From the NCBI GenBank assembly GCA_000934665.2, contig JYFJ02000290.1, positions 1 to 64,000 on the forward strand: 64,000 nucleotides of DNA, in the 5' to 3' direction. The translations under genes and the position numbers were made by a program. How positions within the stretch are numbered: position 1 is the first letter of the stretch; every line of letters begins with the position of its first letter. This stretch comes from Catajapyx aquilonaris (Eukaryota). Shown here piece by piece: positions 36,879 to 49,543 of this stretch. Under the pieces are notes generated by a model. That model searched no databases and was not told the DNA's origin. It saw only the letters and a list, made by a program, of their open reading frames with translations.

Positions 36879-39800
36879 TGCACTAATGAGTCATCATTAA
36901 GCGGTGTAGCTAGGAAATTTGTAAAGGGGGGGGGGGGTTATGTGAGGGAAAAACGAAGAGGCCCGCCGCAGGCGAAATTTTTTAATGCTGTTCAAGCTCA
37001 CACAAGCTACAATATTTGCGCATGTGCGTTTTAAAACCTTCAAATTGCTGATTGGAACTATATTTTTTGGGTCTACGCCAGCACTGATCATTTCAATTCA
37101 AAGTTTGGTCGATCTAATATTAGCAGGTAATATTTTGATACCTATTAATATAACTAGACCAAAAATTGCTCACTTCAACAATTGGAACATCCTGTATGTT
37201 CTGGACATAATGTCTTGAAACAGTGCGCAAATTAACATTGCAATGATGCATACTACGCCTCTACGTCTGATCCTGGGATCTTTGCTTCACTACAAGGCAA
37301 TAGTATGTCGTCACTCGTCAGTAGGCCTACACGAATCCAGCAGCAATGACCAGCCATAATTACTGTACAGGACTTATTTAACTTATATTGCCCTGTATAC
37401 GTTTACTGCGCATTAGGTTGAGGATTTAGAATCAAAATCAAGTCAACGGCCACTGGAGAGGACACTCACTCCGAGAAGGTCAAGGTGAGAACTGGGAATC
37501 AGAAGACGCCCACACATCAACTGATCAGTAACTTTCAGACGAAAAAAAAGTGAGATCCTGAAGGAGTACGTTGTCGGTAAAGTCTTGTGATCTGCAAAGA
37601 GGACATCCGAAGTGGGCAAAGGGGCCATTTACTCTTGCTGGTGAAAGAGAACGGGGGCTTTATTTCCACAACGTCTCGCCGAAAGCCGCCCAGTAGTCTC
37701 CGACATCTCATATCGAAGTCATCACTGAGTGGGAAAGAGTCATCTTCTAGGGGTTTCCAGGTCAGCTTCCTTTCTCTCCTGACCCTTTCCAAGATGGAGG
37801 CGACCAAGCAGCAGAGAGTGGCAGCAGGATGACAACCTGACCTTTCCATATGCCGCCATATGCAAATTGGAGCCATCGCCCTCCGGTTTTCGAAGGCAAA
37901 TCCATCAAGACACGCCGCTTTGGTCTTGTTTTGTGTTCGGCTTTTTTGGACAGTCGAATGACCTTGGACGGGTGTCAATTTATTTCGCCTTGACCTATGA
38001 GATCAAAGCGGGTGGGCCTTGGAAAACAAATAGGAGAAGTTTCACCTACACTTTTCCCGTGGGACATAAAAACAAAACAAAAATAAGATTGTTTACTCGT
38101 CAGGTCCTCAGCTATAGCAGCTGCTGGTTCAATTATTCCCAAACGTCGCCATCTTATCTACTGGCCTTCGAGTTTCGCCATCTTCTGTTTCCGAGGACCC
38201 GACAAGGCCAATGCTTCAAGGGGAGATGAAAATGAGCGACAGTTTGTTATGGGTCGGTCTCTGTTTACAACAAATATCCGGTTAGATTATGAAATTGACT
38301 TCATATCATATTATCTGCGGTTTGAAATTTCATTATTAAAAATCCAACATGGCCGTCGCTGGCTTTACATGAGTGCTTGAAGCTAAATAGAAAATATAAT
38401 TAACAAATAGTATTACTACTGTCCTGGTTTATTACTGTGTGTTACATCATGTGGTACTTTGCAGACAAAACATTTGCACCAATGCAGCATATACGGAAGT
38501 GCCGCCAACAATATGCTCTATACATATAATGTATATATAATCCGAGGCGGCCCAGGTGGACTTATGTCATTAGCAGGATGCGATCGTAATGAGAATGACT
38601 AATTTAGCAGGTTATCGCCGATGTCCCCGGGATTGCGTACCGGAGGACTTTGTCGAAAGGGCAAGATATTCGCATTGCCATGCATCTGACCTTGGTTTGG
38701 CAAAGGAAAATGGAGAAGAAAGAACCAAAAAAGAGAGGAGATTAATGTCTTGGGACAAGGTCGAGGGTTAGAAGTCTTAAGAAAAAGAAGAACAAAATAG
38801 GCTGGATGCGTCTGTTGCATAAAATATCACTTTTCACGCGTATTCTGGGGATATACTTTACGTGCGACGAGTTTTCTGGCCCAAGGAAGTGCGTAGCTCG
38901 TTGCGTCACTGTCTCTTCGTCAGACACAAAGGTCACAAAAATGAGTACATAGGACATCTATTACCAAGAAACACTTCCTCATTTTATTCATTTCTGTCGG
39001 TGTTTCCCCCGTTATCGTATCCGCGGAAGCAGACGAAGTGATCAGATATGCACGTGTAACGAGACATTAAGCTACACGAGCTACACCAACACTGTTTTTT
39101 GCAGGTATAAGAAAAAAAATGTCATAAGATAAAACAATGCTACTTATGCACTATACTCTTGATAGTGCCACTAAAATTGAAAATGTTAAATATTATTCTT
39201 GTATATAGATGTCGAATGGCTCACATGTTAATTTGATATCATTAGAGTCATCCTAAATCAAGGCCCATGTACTACGAGATGATGGCTGTTGATTACTTAA
39301 TGACGTTAAAAACACAGGATCAGTTAAATAACAAACGGCTTTGTTTCTAAGCAGATTAGACTAGGCTACTTATATAATCTATAGCGTTACTGTTCATACA
39401 GTCGCATCTGAACCTAATCAGCTTTCAGTAATTCCAATCCGATTACTAATACAAGTAACGTTGTAGCCGCTTTTTAGATATTACGGGCTTAAAATCCTAA
39501 ATGGACAATGGTGGTTTTAAAAACACTAATTATGAGAAGGACGGCGGAAGTTTTTAATGCATTTTGACACTGATGCTTTGTTCTGAGTAATTGCGCCGTT
39601 TTATGACAATAGGAGCCTATATACTGTGAGAGCGGTTTTGTCTATTTGGCCAAACAATACGTCTGAATATTGATGATCCTCTTACTCTTAACTTGAAATA
39701 TAGCCTGAATGCTAATAACATCATAAAAGTAACACGAAGCCCACATTATTGTACCATATGGTCCGCAATACACTTCTGAGGCAGGCTTTGCAATATGTTT

Positions 39801-41092
39801 ACTCATAATTGCCGAATAAATCCGTGTCACAGTAGCAATAACTTCAGTTGGTATTACATTTACAGAATTTCTTTAATTCGTTGACAACTTTCAGCATAAT
39901 TATAAATGTCATATCGAGTTCCATCCTGGGAGGCCATATGTGAGGCCTATAGTACGTTCATATGACAGATTAGTGCTATATACTCTTGGACTTTCTAAGC
40001 TGTTATTGATTATGTGTCAAGTAATGTATTGCATATTTGGAGTGAATGTCAGCAACTATTTATGAGCATCATGGTTTATGTACATTTTTGTTGTTTAACT
40101 TGGGTTTCACTCACTGCCTTTCATGCAAATATGATGAGACAGTTGTTGTTGAAACTTTGCACCGAAATTCCTTATTGATTATTTTGTACTATAGTAAAGG
40201 AAATATGGCTTGGCCCCCTTCTCATAATTGGCTTGCAGTATATTGCACCTTGGCCCTTGGGCAAGTTTGTGATTGTGTTACTTTGAGTACAAGCTACATG
40301 CTAACTCCTTATCATTATCGGAATTTAAATCGTGTGCCAGTACAAGTATATAATATACGAATGTATTAGTTACATACTTCTAAAATTTAAGAATGAACTC
40401 AAGAAGAAAACAATACATATGATGAGTGCAAAAAAGTCAGATGGCCGATACGCAGAGGGGGAAAAAAAATCAACGACCTTCTGTCGGCAAGAAAATTGAG
40501 CAAACTGCAGATTCGATTTTGAAGCCGCTGTAAGCGTATTCAATCAGAATCGAAGGTCAATCAAGTATATAATACATTAGCAAATGGTGATTTTATGTGG
40601 TGAAATAGGGATTCTCGAATCCGCGACCTTCAGGACGAATAAGCTGCGAATGTATTCAGGAGGGTCTAGTCCCCTCCGTCCCATGAAAGCTGCGCTTATG
40701 GTCTTATGGAGATAGGTGGTAGACTATATAGTAGACTGATGCTCGGGAATTCGACAACAGGACATGATGCCTTCGTTTCTGTACCGACTCTTTTACTACG
40801 ACCCTGAATTATACTAACGACAATCTCTCTCGATGAATGGTTCCTGAAATAGTTATCCCCAGAAATTGGAATTTCATTGCCCTGGACATCTGATAGGTGC
40901 CATGAATGGTCCAGAGGTCAATCCGAGAGCATAGAGATTCAGACTGAGATCAGTTATGTCATATATAGTTGGTCACATTTTCGGGAATCCACACATAATT
41001 ATTATCGACGAGCAATATGCATTGCAGACATTCACGTGTAAAATGTTCATAAACAGTCGGCCGTTCTATGTACTAATAATTAATTGCGTTAA

Positions 41093-42498
41093 AATGTGCA
41101 GTCAAAAATTACTTGCGAGTAATTTTTTTTATTGGCACAAGAGCAATGTACAATCTTTTGCTTTCGCCTGGACCTTGCTACACTCTCCCTCTATTGTCAC
41201 ACATTTTTCCCAACAGTAGACCCATTTTCGGTATGCCCCCAAAAAATCATCATCTGGGGTCCTTTTCCCATACTGGAAAATGGCATTCCCGAGGGTTGCG
41301 CGAGAAGGGAAATTGCGACCTCTGAGCTCATCTTGGAAGGTAGGAAACAGCCAAAAATCGCTTGGAGCTAAGTCCGGAGAGTAGGGTGTGTGTGGCAAGA
41401 GCTCTATGTTGTGGTCCTTCAGCACATCCTTCACCTGGAGAGCTCGATGTGGCGGGGGGTTGTCTTGATGCAGGATGAAGCCTGTTGCCAAATTTTGGCG
41501 GAGTTTGGCGATGGCAGGTAAAAGTCCAGATGTCAAGAGAATTGCATAGACCCTCCCTGTCACCGTGGTGCCCTTTGGAAGAGGATGGCAGTGCCTCTCC
41601 CAAAACATTGCGTACAGGACCTTTTCAGCGAATGGCTGAACACAGAATTTTTTGGGTGGGGGTGAGTCAACATGTCCACTGGGTCGTCCGTAAGGGCATG
41701 ACGGAGTTCCCGCATATGGCCTGCATGTCTTTGAAGATCACAGGAGCACTTTTCCCTCGCAGAAAAAGAAATCGCACGACAAAACGCTGATCTGATTTGT
41801 TGAAGTCCACCATTTTGCTAGTATCGGTAAGGCCCTATGTTTGCAGGGCTGTGAAAGAGGCACCCGGTCAGCGCGACATTTGAAACATCTATCAAAAAAT
41901 CCCATATGGGCTGGATGTCATGGTCCTTTAAAGGGACACTCCACTCAAAATACAAGTTGGGTTCTAAAAATCGGGCAAAAAAATCCTGATTCCGAGGGTA
42001 TAAGCAGTTTTCCTTAGAGACGAACGGTAAGGCCAGTGTGAAAGCTGGAAGTGTGTCGTTCGAAAACCGCGCGCGGGGCAGGTGGCGCAGGTGCGACGCC
42101 ACCAGAGTGGAACCGGGCGGAACTAGAGAAGGCGTCCTGGCGCGGCCAGGGTCCCCTACATGGTTGCCTCCCCCACCCTAACTGTCTAACTGTCTAGGTG
42201 GGGGAGGCACTCATGTAGGTGACCCTGGGCGCGGCATGGCTCCTATACTTCTCCGGTTTGCCACGAGATGCTGTTGTATCGCCCTTCTTAGCAGACGACG
42301 TGTGTAGATATATTATTTTCCGTGTTACCGTTGGGCGTAGGAAAAAACCGATTGCACATTCGGAACCAGGATTTTTTGCCCGATTTTTGGGGGGCAACTT
42401 GTATTTTGAGTGGAGTGTCCCTTTAAATGCAAATATGTAAATGTTACGCTCAATGGCAAAAAAAAAATTACCCGCGCAAGTATTTTTGACTGCACCTG
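41093..42498 (-). mobile_element. Decayed mariner transposon with internally deleted transposase (41813 to about 41129)
   Basis: TIRs GTGCAGTCAAAAAT(T)ACTTGCG at both ends; N-terminus MVDFNKSDQRFVVRFLFLRGKSAPVIFKDM then stop/frameshift; catalytic part ILHQDNPPPH...HTPYSPDLAPSDFWLF. Confidence 0.92.
41932..42422. mobile_element. Non-autonomous TTAA-targeting element (Kolobok-like) nested in the mariner
   Basis: TTAA-AGGGACACTCCACTCAAAATACAAGTTG...CAACTTGTATTTTGAGTGGAGTGTCCCT-TTAA; TIR about 60 bp; AG termini rather than piggyBac CC. Confidence 0.78.
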
Positions 42499-42711
42499 TA
42501 GATGGCGGTGTCTTTATTTAGTTCTGCCATTGCAACATCCCGTGGCGCGTAAAACACGACACGTCTCAGGACAAATATAATTATATTTTCATTGTTTTGT
42601 CAACATATTTTTAACTGCTGAACTGCATGCTAATGGGTTAAAATTTACACTTCCAGACAAATGCAAAAATTAGTGTAAAAAATGCTGAAGAATATATTAT
42701 CGCGGCTTCTC

Positions 42712-42913
42712 TCGACAGAGAGCAGTAACCTCCATGCACCTCCCACACAAACACTGTACCCTCTGATTCCAATATATCAAAAGTGGTTACTGAGCTTACG
42801 CGTATGCTTGGCTAAACATATTACCTCTGTTACTTACACAGTGAGCCCCGTGTTTTCCCAAACATTAACCACTTTTGATTTACTATAGAATCAGAGGTTA
42901 CTGCTCCCTTCGA
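42712..42913. repeat. Degenerate inverted repeat / MITE remnant
   Basis: GAGCAGTAACCTC and TCAAAAGTGGTTA recur inverted at 42867-42907. Confidence 0.55.
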
Positions 42914-45566
42914 TGAAATATGCAATTGAGTAATGAAAATGCAAAATTAGTCACCATGACATATAATAGTTAAAACTACGAGTACTTTCAGTTACATGTG
43001 GACATGACATTAAAACTTCTATTTGTGTAAAATATTATACCTTTTTGGAGTATCAGGTGATAGCAATCTTCACTCCTTAATTTGGTGTATTTTTTGATTG
43101 ACAATGCGTCTTATTGACGCTTGGTCACAGTGAATTTGAGAAAAACATTATACATGTTAGTACATAAGGAAGCATTTACAAATAAGCCAGGAAGGTAATT
43201 TGTCTGCACTGCTGCTTATAGCTGCATTATCCCAAAATACTATTAATCGTCCAGTTATTGCTTCTAGTAAGAAATATTTTGCCATCTGTCACTACTTTCT
43301 TTCTGCGATATGGACTCTGATATATTGGGACGAAACTTACATAACTCGTCTGGACCTCCAGCAACAATAGTCATAGTTGACATTCAGTCGTCTTACGTCC
43401 CCAGCAAGACAAGACGCGAATAAACACGAAAAAAACACGTGATACCATCAGACAGGCGAGGTAATGAGTATATTATTACATCACATCCCTTGTTGCATCA
43501 CCCCTGGAATATGGACACAGCTCCAAAACAATGATTTCATCAGATCCCTGCTGCTTAACAAGACCACGAGAGGAAGAGGAGGAGCAGAGGCTATGTACAA
43601 CCCCCTGACAAAGGCCCATGAGCCAAAGGTGTCTCAATCCGACATTGCGGAAGAAGGAAGAGAGGACCAATTAGATCTGCAGGGGGGAGAGCAGTGTCAT
43701 GGCCACTCATGTGCACACAGCTTGAAGGATACATCCGAGGGACATCCTTTTATATATGAAAAAAAACCTGTCTCGTTCCATATGGATGCGAATTGTAGCA
43801 TGGGTGATGGGTGGGTGGGAGGGAGGTAGACTTAAGGTCAAATGTTGGAGGAACCCTGAGAAGCGAAGATGGCGGTCGCCCTTGCTGACTCTCAATTATT
43901 GGGGAGGTGGTATATAGGGGGAGGAATCGATATCGCCCAGCTCCACAAACACCTTATATCTCAGTCTCATCGCTCATGCATCATGCTGCCCAGGGGTTAG
44001 AGTGCAAAGGAGAGGGGGGTGGGAAGGGGAGCCAAGAAATATAGGGTGGGGGAGCTGCATGCAAATATATGTAGGGTGGATGAAAGCTGGTGGAGGAGAT
44101 AGGGGGCTGGGAAAGTTGGTTTGACCTAGAAGGTCAGGTAATTAAGCGTGGTGGTTAATGTTCGGTTGGTGTAAGTGGGATGCATTGGTAGAATAGGCTG
44201 CGTTAAAGCTTTTGTGCTTAATAGTCCGAATTCGTCAATAGCATGCTTTTATGAATTTGCAATAATACATTAATCGAATTAAAGCGACTGAAACTAATAC
44301 TGTTTATCGTCTGCCCAGAAGTCAACTAAAAAAAAACAGGATCGAGATAATCGAAAGCAGAATGTTGACCTTGCACCTTTTTACATGCAAGTGAATACAC
44401 AAAATCCTGGCTTGCTGGTTCATTCTGAATTGGTTAAGACTTCGCTAAGCGATACGCCAAAAAGAATGCTGCTTAGTGGTGTAAATAGCTCAAAACTTCC
44501 AAAATTGGACAAGTGTGTTTCTCTTGCACTTCGACTGTACAAAGTATAGTGTAAAGGTAAGCAGACAGTGCAGTGTGTAAGCAGGGGCCGTACAAGTATT
44601 TAAACGAGATTATTTTTGTCGCCGGCTGAACTTCGGAAATGCCAAACAATGTATGACCTCCACTCCGTGGTTGTGCAAATGTCGAAGTCTTCCAATAAAT
44701 ATACTGCCTTAGAAGATATTTTGGGCTTATGAGAATGTATCTGACTACTAAAGAGGGTGGCACACGAGCCAAGTTTAAGGTCATCCATCTTCCTCACATA
44801 ATTTGAGGCTAATAAAAGAACTGAAGGGTCAAAAGTACGCAAGAAAATGAAGGAGGGATGTATTGTGTCTCCCGATTCGAATGATATAGAATGCGTAGTG
44901 TTGAATAGGTCGAGTGCAAAAAAAATATCCAAAGGTCAACACGTGTCTACACACGATTTGTAATTTTAAATGTAACTATTTCATGAAAGAGCAAGACCCA
45001 AGTATATACGTACGCTTGTTGACGCAAGATGCGCTTAAGCTCACCTAGGTTGACCTCTAAGTGATCAAGGGTAGATAAGAGCAAAAACATTCCCTTCAGT
45101 GTAGGAACCGAATTCCGAATGGTTATTGGGCAAAAAAAACTTATTTTTGAGCAGTTTTAAATATTTTGCGTCCTTTTGAATAGGAATTCAGTTTAGCTGT
45201 AAATGGTAGCAATGCACTTCCAGACGGGGGGGATCTGTGTTCAAATTTTGGAAGTGTGCTACCTGCAGCAGAACTTGAATTTAAAAAAGTAACAACAAGA
45301 TGTTGGAAAAATTCATTGTTGAAAATATTATTGTTGTACGATATTAACATAGGGGCTACCGCCCCTAAAATACACTGCAAGGCCTTATGGGAAAGCTATA
45401 AATTGTTAACAACTAATAATATTTGCATGCAACATGTTTTTAACAGTTGTTTTATGTCAGTTAATTTTTCATATATGTCAATGATCTTAAGCAAATAAGA
45501 CAGGCACAATAAATTATGCCGAGAGAGCTAAAAATTACGTCCAGACTAGTTTGATGGCATATTAAT

Positions 45567-45568
<2 letters not shown>

Positions 45569-45640
<72 letters not shown>
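45569..45640. repeat. (TAA)24 microsatellite
   Basis: Direct reading. Confidence 0.97.
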
Positions 45641-45644
<4 letters not shown>

Positions 45645-47609
45645 AAATGTGGGAATTAATAGTCCTCTGCTAGTGTATGATAGTGTAAAGAAAATTATAC
45701 ATAAACTGCCAATCAGTACTGGTATACTGTATAGTACACAATCGTACAGCATAAATAATTCAATAATTATTTAGACACAACTTTTAATTATCACAAAGAA
45801 AGTGCAGACATGATAAATTGTCACTCCGATCATTTGGAGATAAAAACGTACGGTCAAAGACTTTTCCCTGTTTGTCAAGCAATCGGAAAGTAAACAACAG
45901 GCTAAAAATCCCCGAAACCTTCTGCTTAGGTTCCCAATACCCGCATTAGTAACCCATAAACGGTAGTCTACATGGCGTCCGAATGACATTGAATCGTCTT
46001 TCTGAAGGCACTAATTCCAATGCCCTCGTGACTTGGAATGCTAAACCCAAGTTCTTTCCTCCGCGATTCAAATCCAACAGCCAGACAACATACAGCAGAA
46101 CATCGAACCCTTTCTTCTCCAGCTATAAGTAATTCTCTTTCCGGTCCATTACCGACACATGAAATCCAACTAAATCAGTTCCGTTCAAGTTCATTCGACG
46201 CCGGAATTAAACTGGTTACCAGTTCAAATGCCCATGAACTCAGAATAGATTTTTACGTCGAGGTGACCCATACATGTTTTCTGTATGGTCTCTCACGAAG
46301 TAATGGGACCTGCTGATTTCCGTTCTACAAAATCCGTGATTACAATGAGGGTACGAATGTTGGGAAAAGATGGATCCCTAGATTGCTTGTTGAAGGAGGT
46401 GTTGTGATATACGGGAGGTAGGTCCATTAGTAATGCGGCGGCTTTCGGGCTGATTGAAAGCCCCTGACAGTGTATCACATTCGTCGACTGTTATTTCCAT
46501 TGTAGCCTGTTTTAATTATGCATAAGGTCAGTCCCCCTTTGGTTTGATTTCGACTTTTATTCCTGCCCTTTCTCTGGTCTATGTCCTCTAGGAGCCAACC
46601 TGTGTGAGATATATGCCCGACAGGTGCACTTGTCTCCCATAGTCTTTCCAGGGGTGTTATTTGCATTCTCACCCGAGACAAAGTAACACAATGTTGCTAA
46701 TGTGAAAAGGTCGGTATGTAATTATTGTTGGCCATTGCACCATCATCATCAGAAAAAGTTCATAATAATTTGACCTTAGCGTATAAGTCAGTATTTTCCT
46801 CCCTTGCCCTTGGTGAATCAGTTATGGAAACTCAGCCGTAATGTGAATATTTAATTCAGGACTGCCCGTTGACCTTCGATGGCTCCAATCATTCCAGAAC
46901 ATCGACAGAATATGCTTCAACTTCGACAAGCCTTTCTCACGGGTAAGCGTCGCACTTACACCCCAGCAATGACTAATTACGCGTCAACCTTACATAACTC
47001 ATCTCAAAACAACGACGCCACAGCTCAATAACAACAAACAGTGCGACACATGTTATGAACCAGTTAGTCAGAATCGTCGTGCGACTCGTGAAACTTATGC
47101 AAATGTCCCCCACTATTTTGTTTATTCGGACCATCTAACGGAGTCTCCACAACAACATACATGTATCCTGTTCCAATGCAACCCAGTTGCAAGGGCGCCC
47201 AAGGTGAGATCCTCTTTTTGGACACGACCAATGGGCCTCCCCATCTCCCCGCTCCTCCTGCCCCCATCTGATTAATCGTTTCGGCTCTTCATTTGGCTCT
47301 GAATGGCGACTGTGAAAGCAGCTTCTCCTTTTTTCTGTTTGGACCAGCAGGTTCCGAAGGGATGGATCTCCTATTCGATTCCCTAGGCACCGAGCCCAGG
47401 TAATTATGCAGCACTATCGGTGAAGTTCAAGGGCAAAGGGGAGACTACTAGAGAGGCAGGGGGGGAGAGGAAGGAGAGGATATAGATGGACAAGGAGGAA
47501 GGTTTTGGTAAAAACAGGAATCCATTATTAGAAAGAGGCTCTTCAGGGGCTGAGTGACTTCAATGCACAGATCGGATTAAAACCTAGTTTTTTTTGATCA
47601 GTTTTATGT

Positions 47610-47622
47610 AGTGCAATGACCT
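47610..47622 (-). promoter_or_regulatory. Candidate ecdysone response element (IR1)
   Basis: Minus strand AGGTCAtTGCACT, hsp27-type IR1, 1.9 kb upstream of the CYP307 ATG. Confidence 0.45.
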
Positions 47623-49543
47623 AGTTGGCGTGCACTGAAATAAAATGAGACCGATAATTTATATATTAAACGGCCAAGGGCAGGTTGTCCTTCCTGTTAC
47701 AAGTGCCTTTAACTTGTGACCTGCATCAGACTTACAGGCTCAGTGGCACCATTCAATGTGACATTGAAAAGATGCCACTGATTGTTGCAAATATATTTAG
47801 CCTGTAACCAACGGACAGCATCCGGCTAAACCCTGGGTACATAATCCACCTTGAATGGTGCAACCTGGACTATATAGGAAAAAAAACAAGTGGTTGGCAT
47901 TATGAATGTTTCTGGGAGAAAAATATTATGAAGCACACATTATCATTTTTTTCTAAAGTCTCGATGAAATTATTAGAACAAGTGACTGGGTCACTCATTG
48001 GATACCAGGCAAAAACTTCAACAACTGAGTGGATGGTTCTTGAGACAAGCACTTTTGCATATCACAGTACGACAATCTACAACAAACTGATAGCAGAAGT
48101 TATCGAATGAATCGAGTGGCATGTCCTGTGTTTAAAATAGTGAAGAGCATGTAATATTAATGATGTATGTACGTCACTGGTCGCATAAACTTAACCGGTC
48201 AGAAAATTAAGACCTGCCTAAGGTTTGTGGCCTGCAATCCGGTATTGCAAATGGCAGTTAAGTTTAATGACTTCCACATAAGATGTTTCCGACGAATTAC
48301 ATTATAAATGTAACGAGCGGAAACGAATGATATAACCACTTGAAGTGAAGTACTATAATATGCGCAGTACAGAACGTTGCACTGCTTTCTATTAACTGTC
48401 TGACTCCTCTTTGGTGCCTCTTCTGAAGGTCACGATTGTGTATCAAGTTCATGATATAAAATGGTCACGTATGCTATAATCGCATGCGCATTGTCACTAT
48501 AAGGGCCTGACGCACAATATATTGAAGGTGTGATACTACATAATTATAACGATCTTTGGTGAGAAACATTTTCATTTGCATTGCTACTCCTGCACTGGTG
48601 TAACCAGCACTATACTCTCAGATGTACCAAAGCAAGAATAGTGTATATGTAGCCTACTAAATATCAAACAAGTTTATAAAAAACCTTTAAAAATATAAGC
48701 TACTAAAGTGCTGATGATTGCTCGGCGTCAGAATATGACTGGCCAAAACTTTTTTGAAAGATAATACTCTAAAAATGAGTGATTGGTAATTAACACCTTT
48801 AAAAAGTAATAACCTCTCATTGTGCAGCATAATTTACAGGCAGAAATTAAGCAATGTCAATAAAACAACAGAGTCATAATTATGATCCCTCTACCTCTAA
48901 AAAAGTGACAGCCTGCAATAAACAGAACCCAGAACTGGTCCAATATAATCACTGTAGGAGAAAGTCTTTGGAATTCCAGGTAATGGAGAAAAAGGTTCTC
49001 CAGGACCACTTGCATAATGAGGCAACCCACAGCTGGCCCGTTAGACCCTGTAATCGGTTTTAAAAATCTATGGGCAGCCCCGTTAGTTTCCCATGAAGGC
49101 ATCCAGTCAGCCGGAACCAACTACTGATCTGGTGCTTCTTCTTGGAAGGTGTCCTGTACCGGCCTGGAAACATAGTGAAAGGATAACTGGTGTTGTTGTG
49201 GACGGCGCAAATTCTCCCGGAGCTCTCTCCTCACCCCTGGGATACCTGGAAAAGGGCGGGAGTGTCGTATGTCGCAATCGCCAATCGGACACAGAGGACA
49301 CTCTTTTCCGCACCGCCAGCCAATAGAAGGGAAACAGTGGACATTAGCATGTCATCCCCCCAGTGTCCATCCATATGTATGGTGACCGACTAGAAAAGGC
49401 CGCGGATCGGCCCCAGATGATCACTCGAGGCTTGCCCTGGCCTGTGGGACCTTCTTTCCTCCTCCAAATCCTCCTTTCTCATCTCCCAAAAACCCTCCTA
49501 CTTTCGACATTTTCTGAGACTTGTCTGCAGTTATTAGTCAAAG

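Noticed and set aside
45461..45752. Poly-Leu and poly-Ile ORFs
   Set aside because: Translation of the (TAA)n microsatellite.
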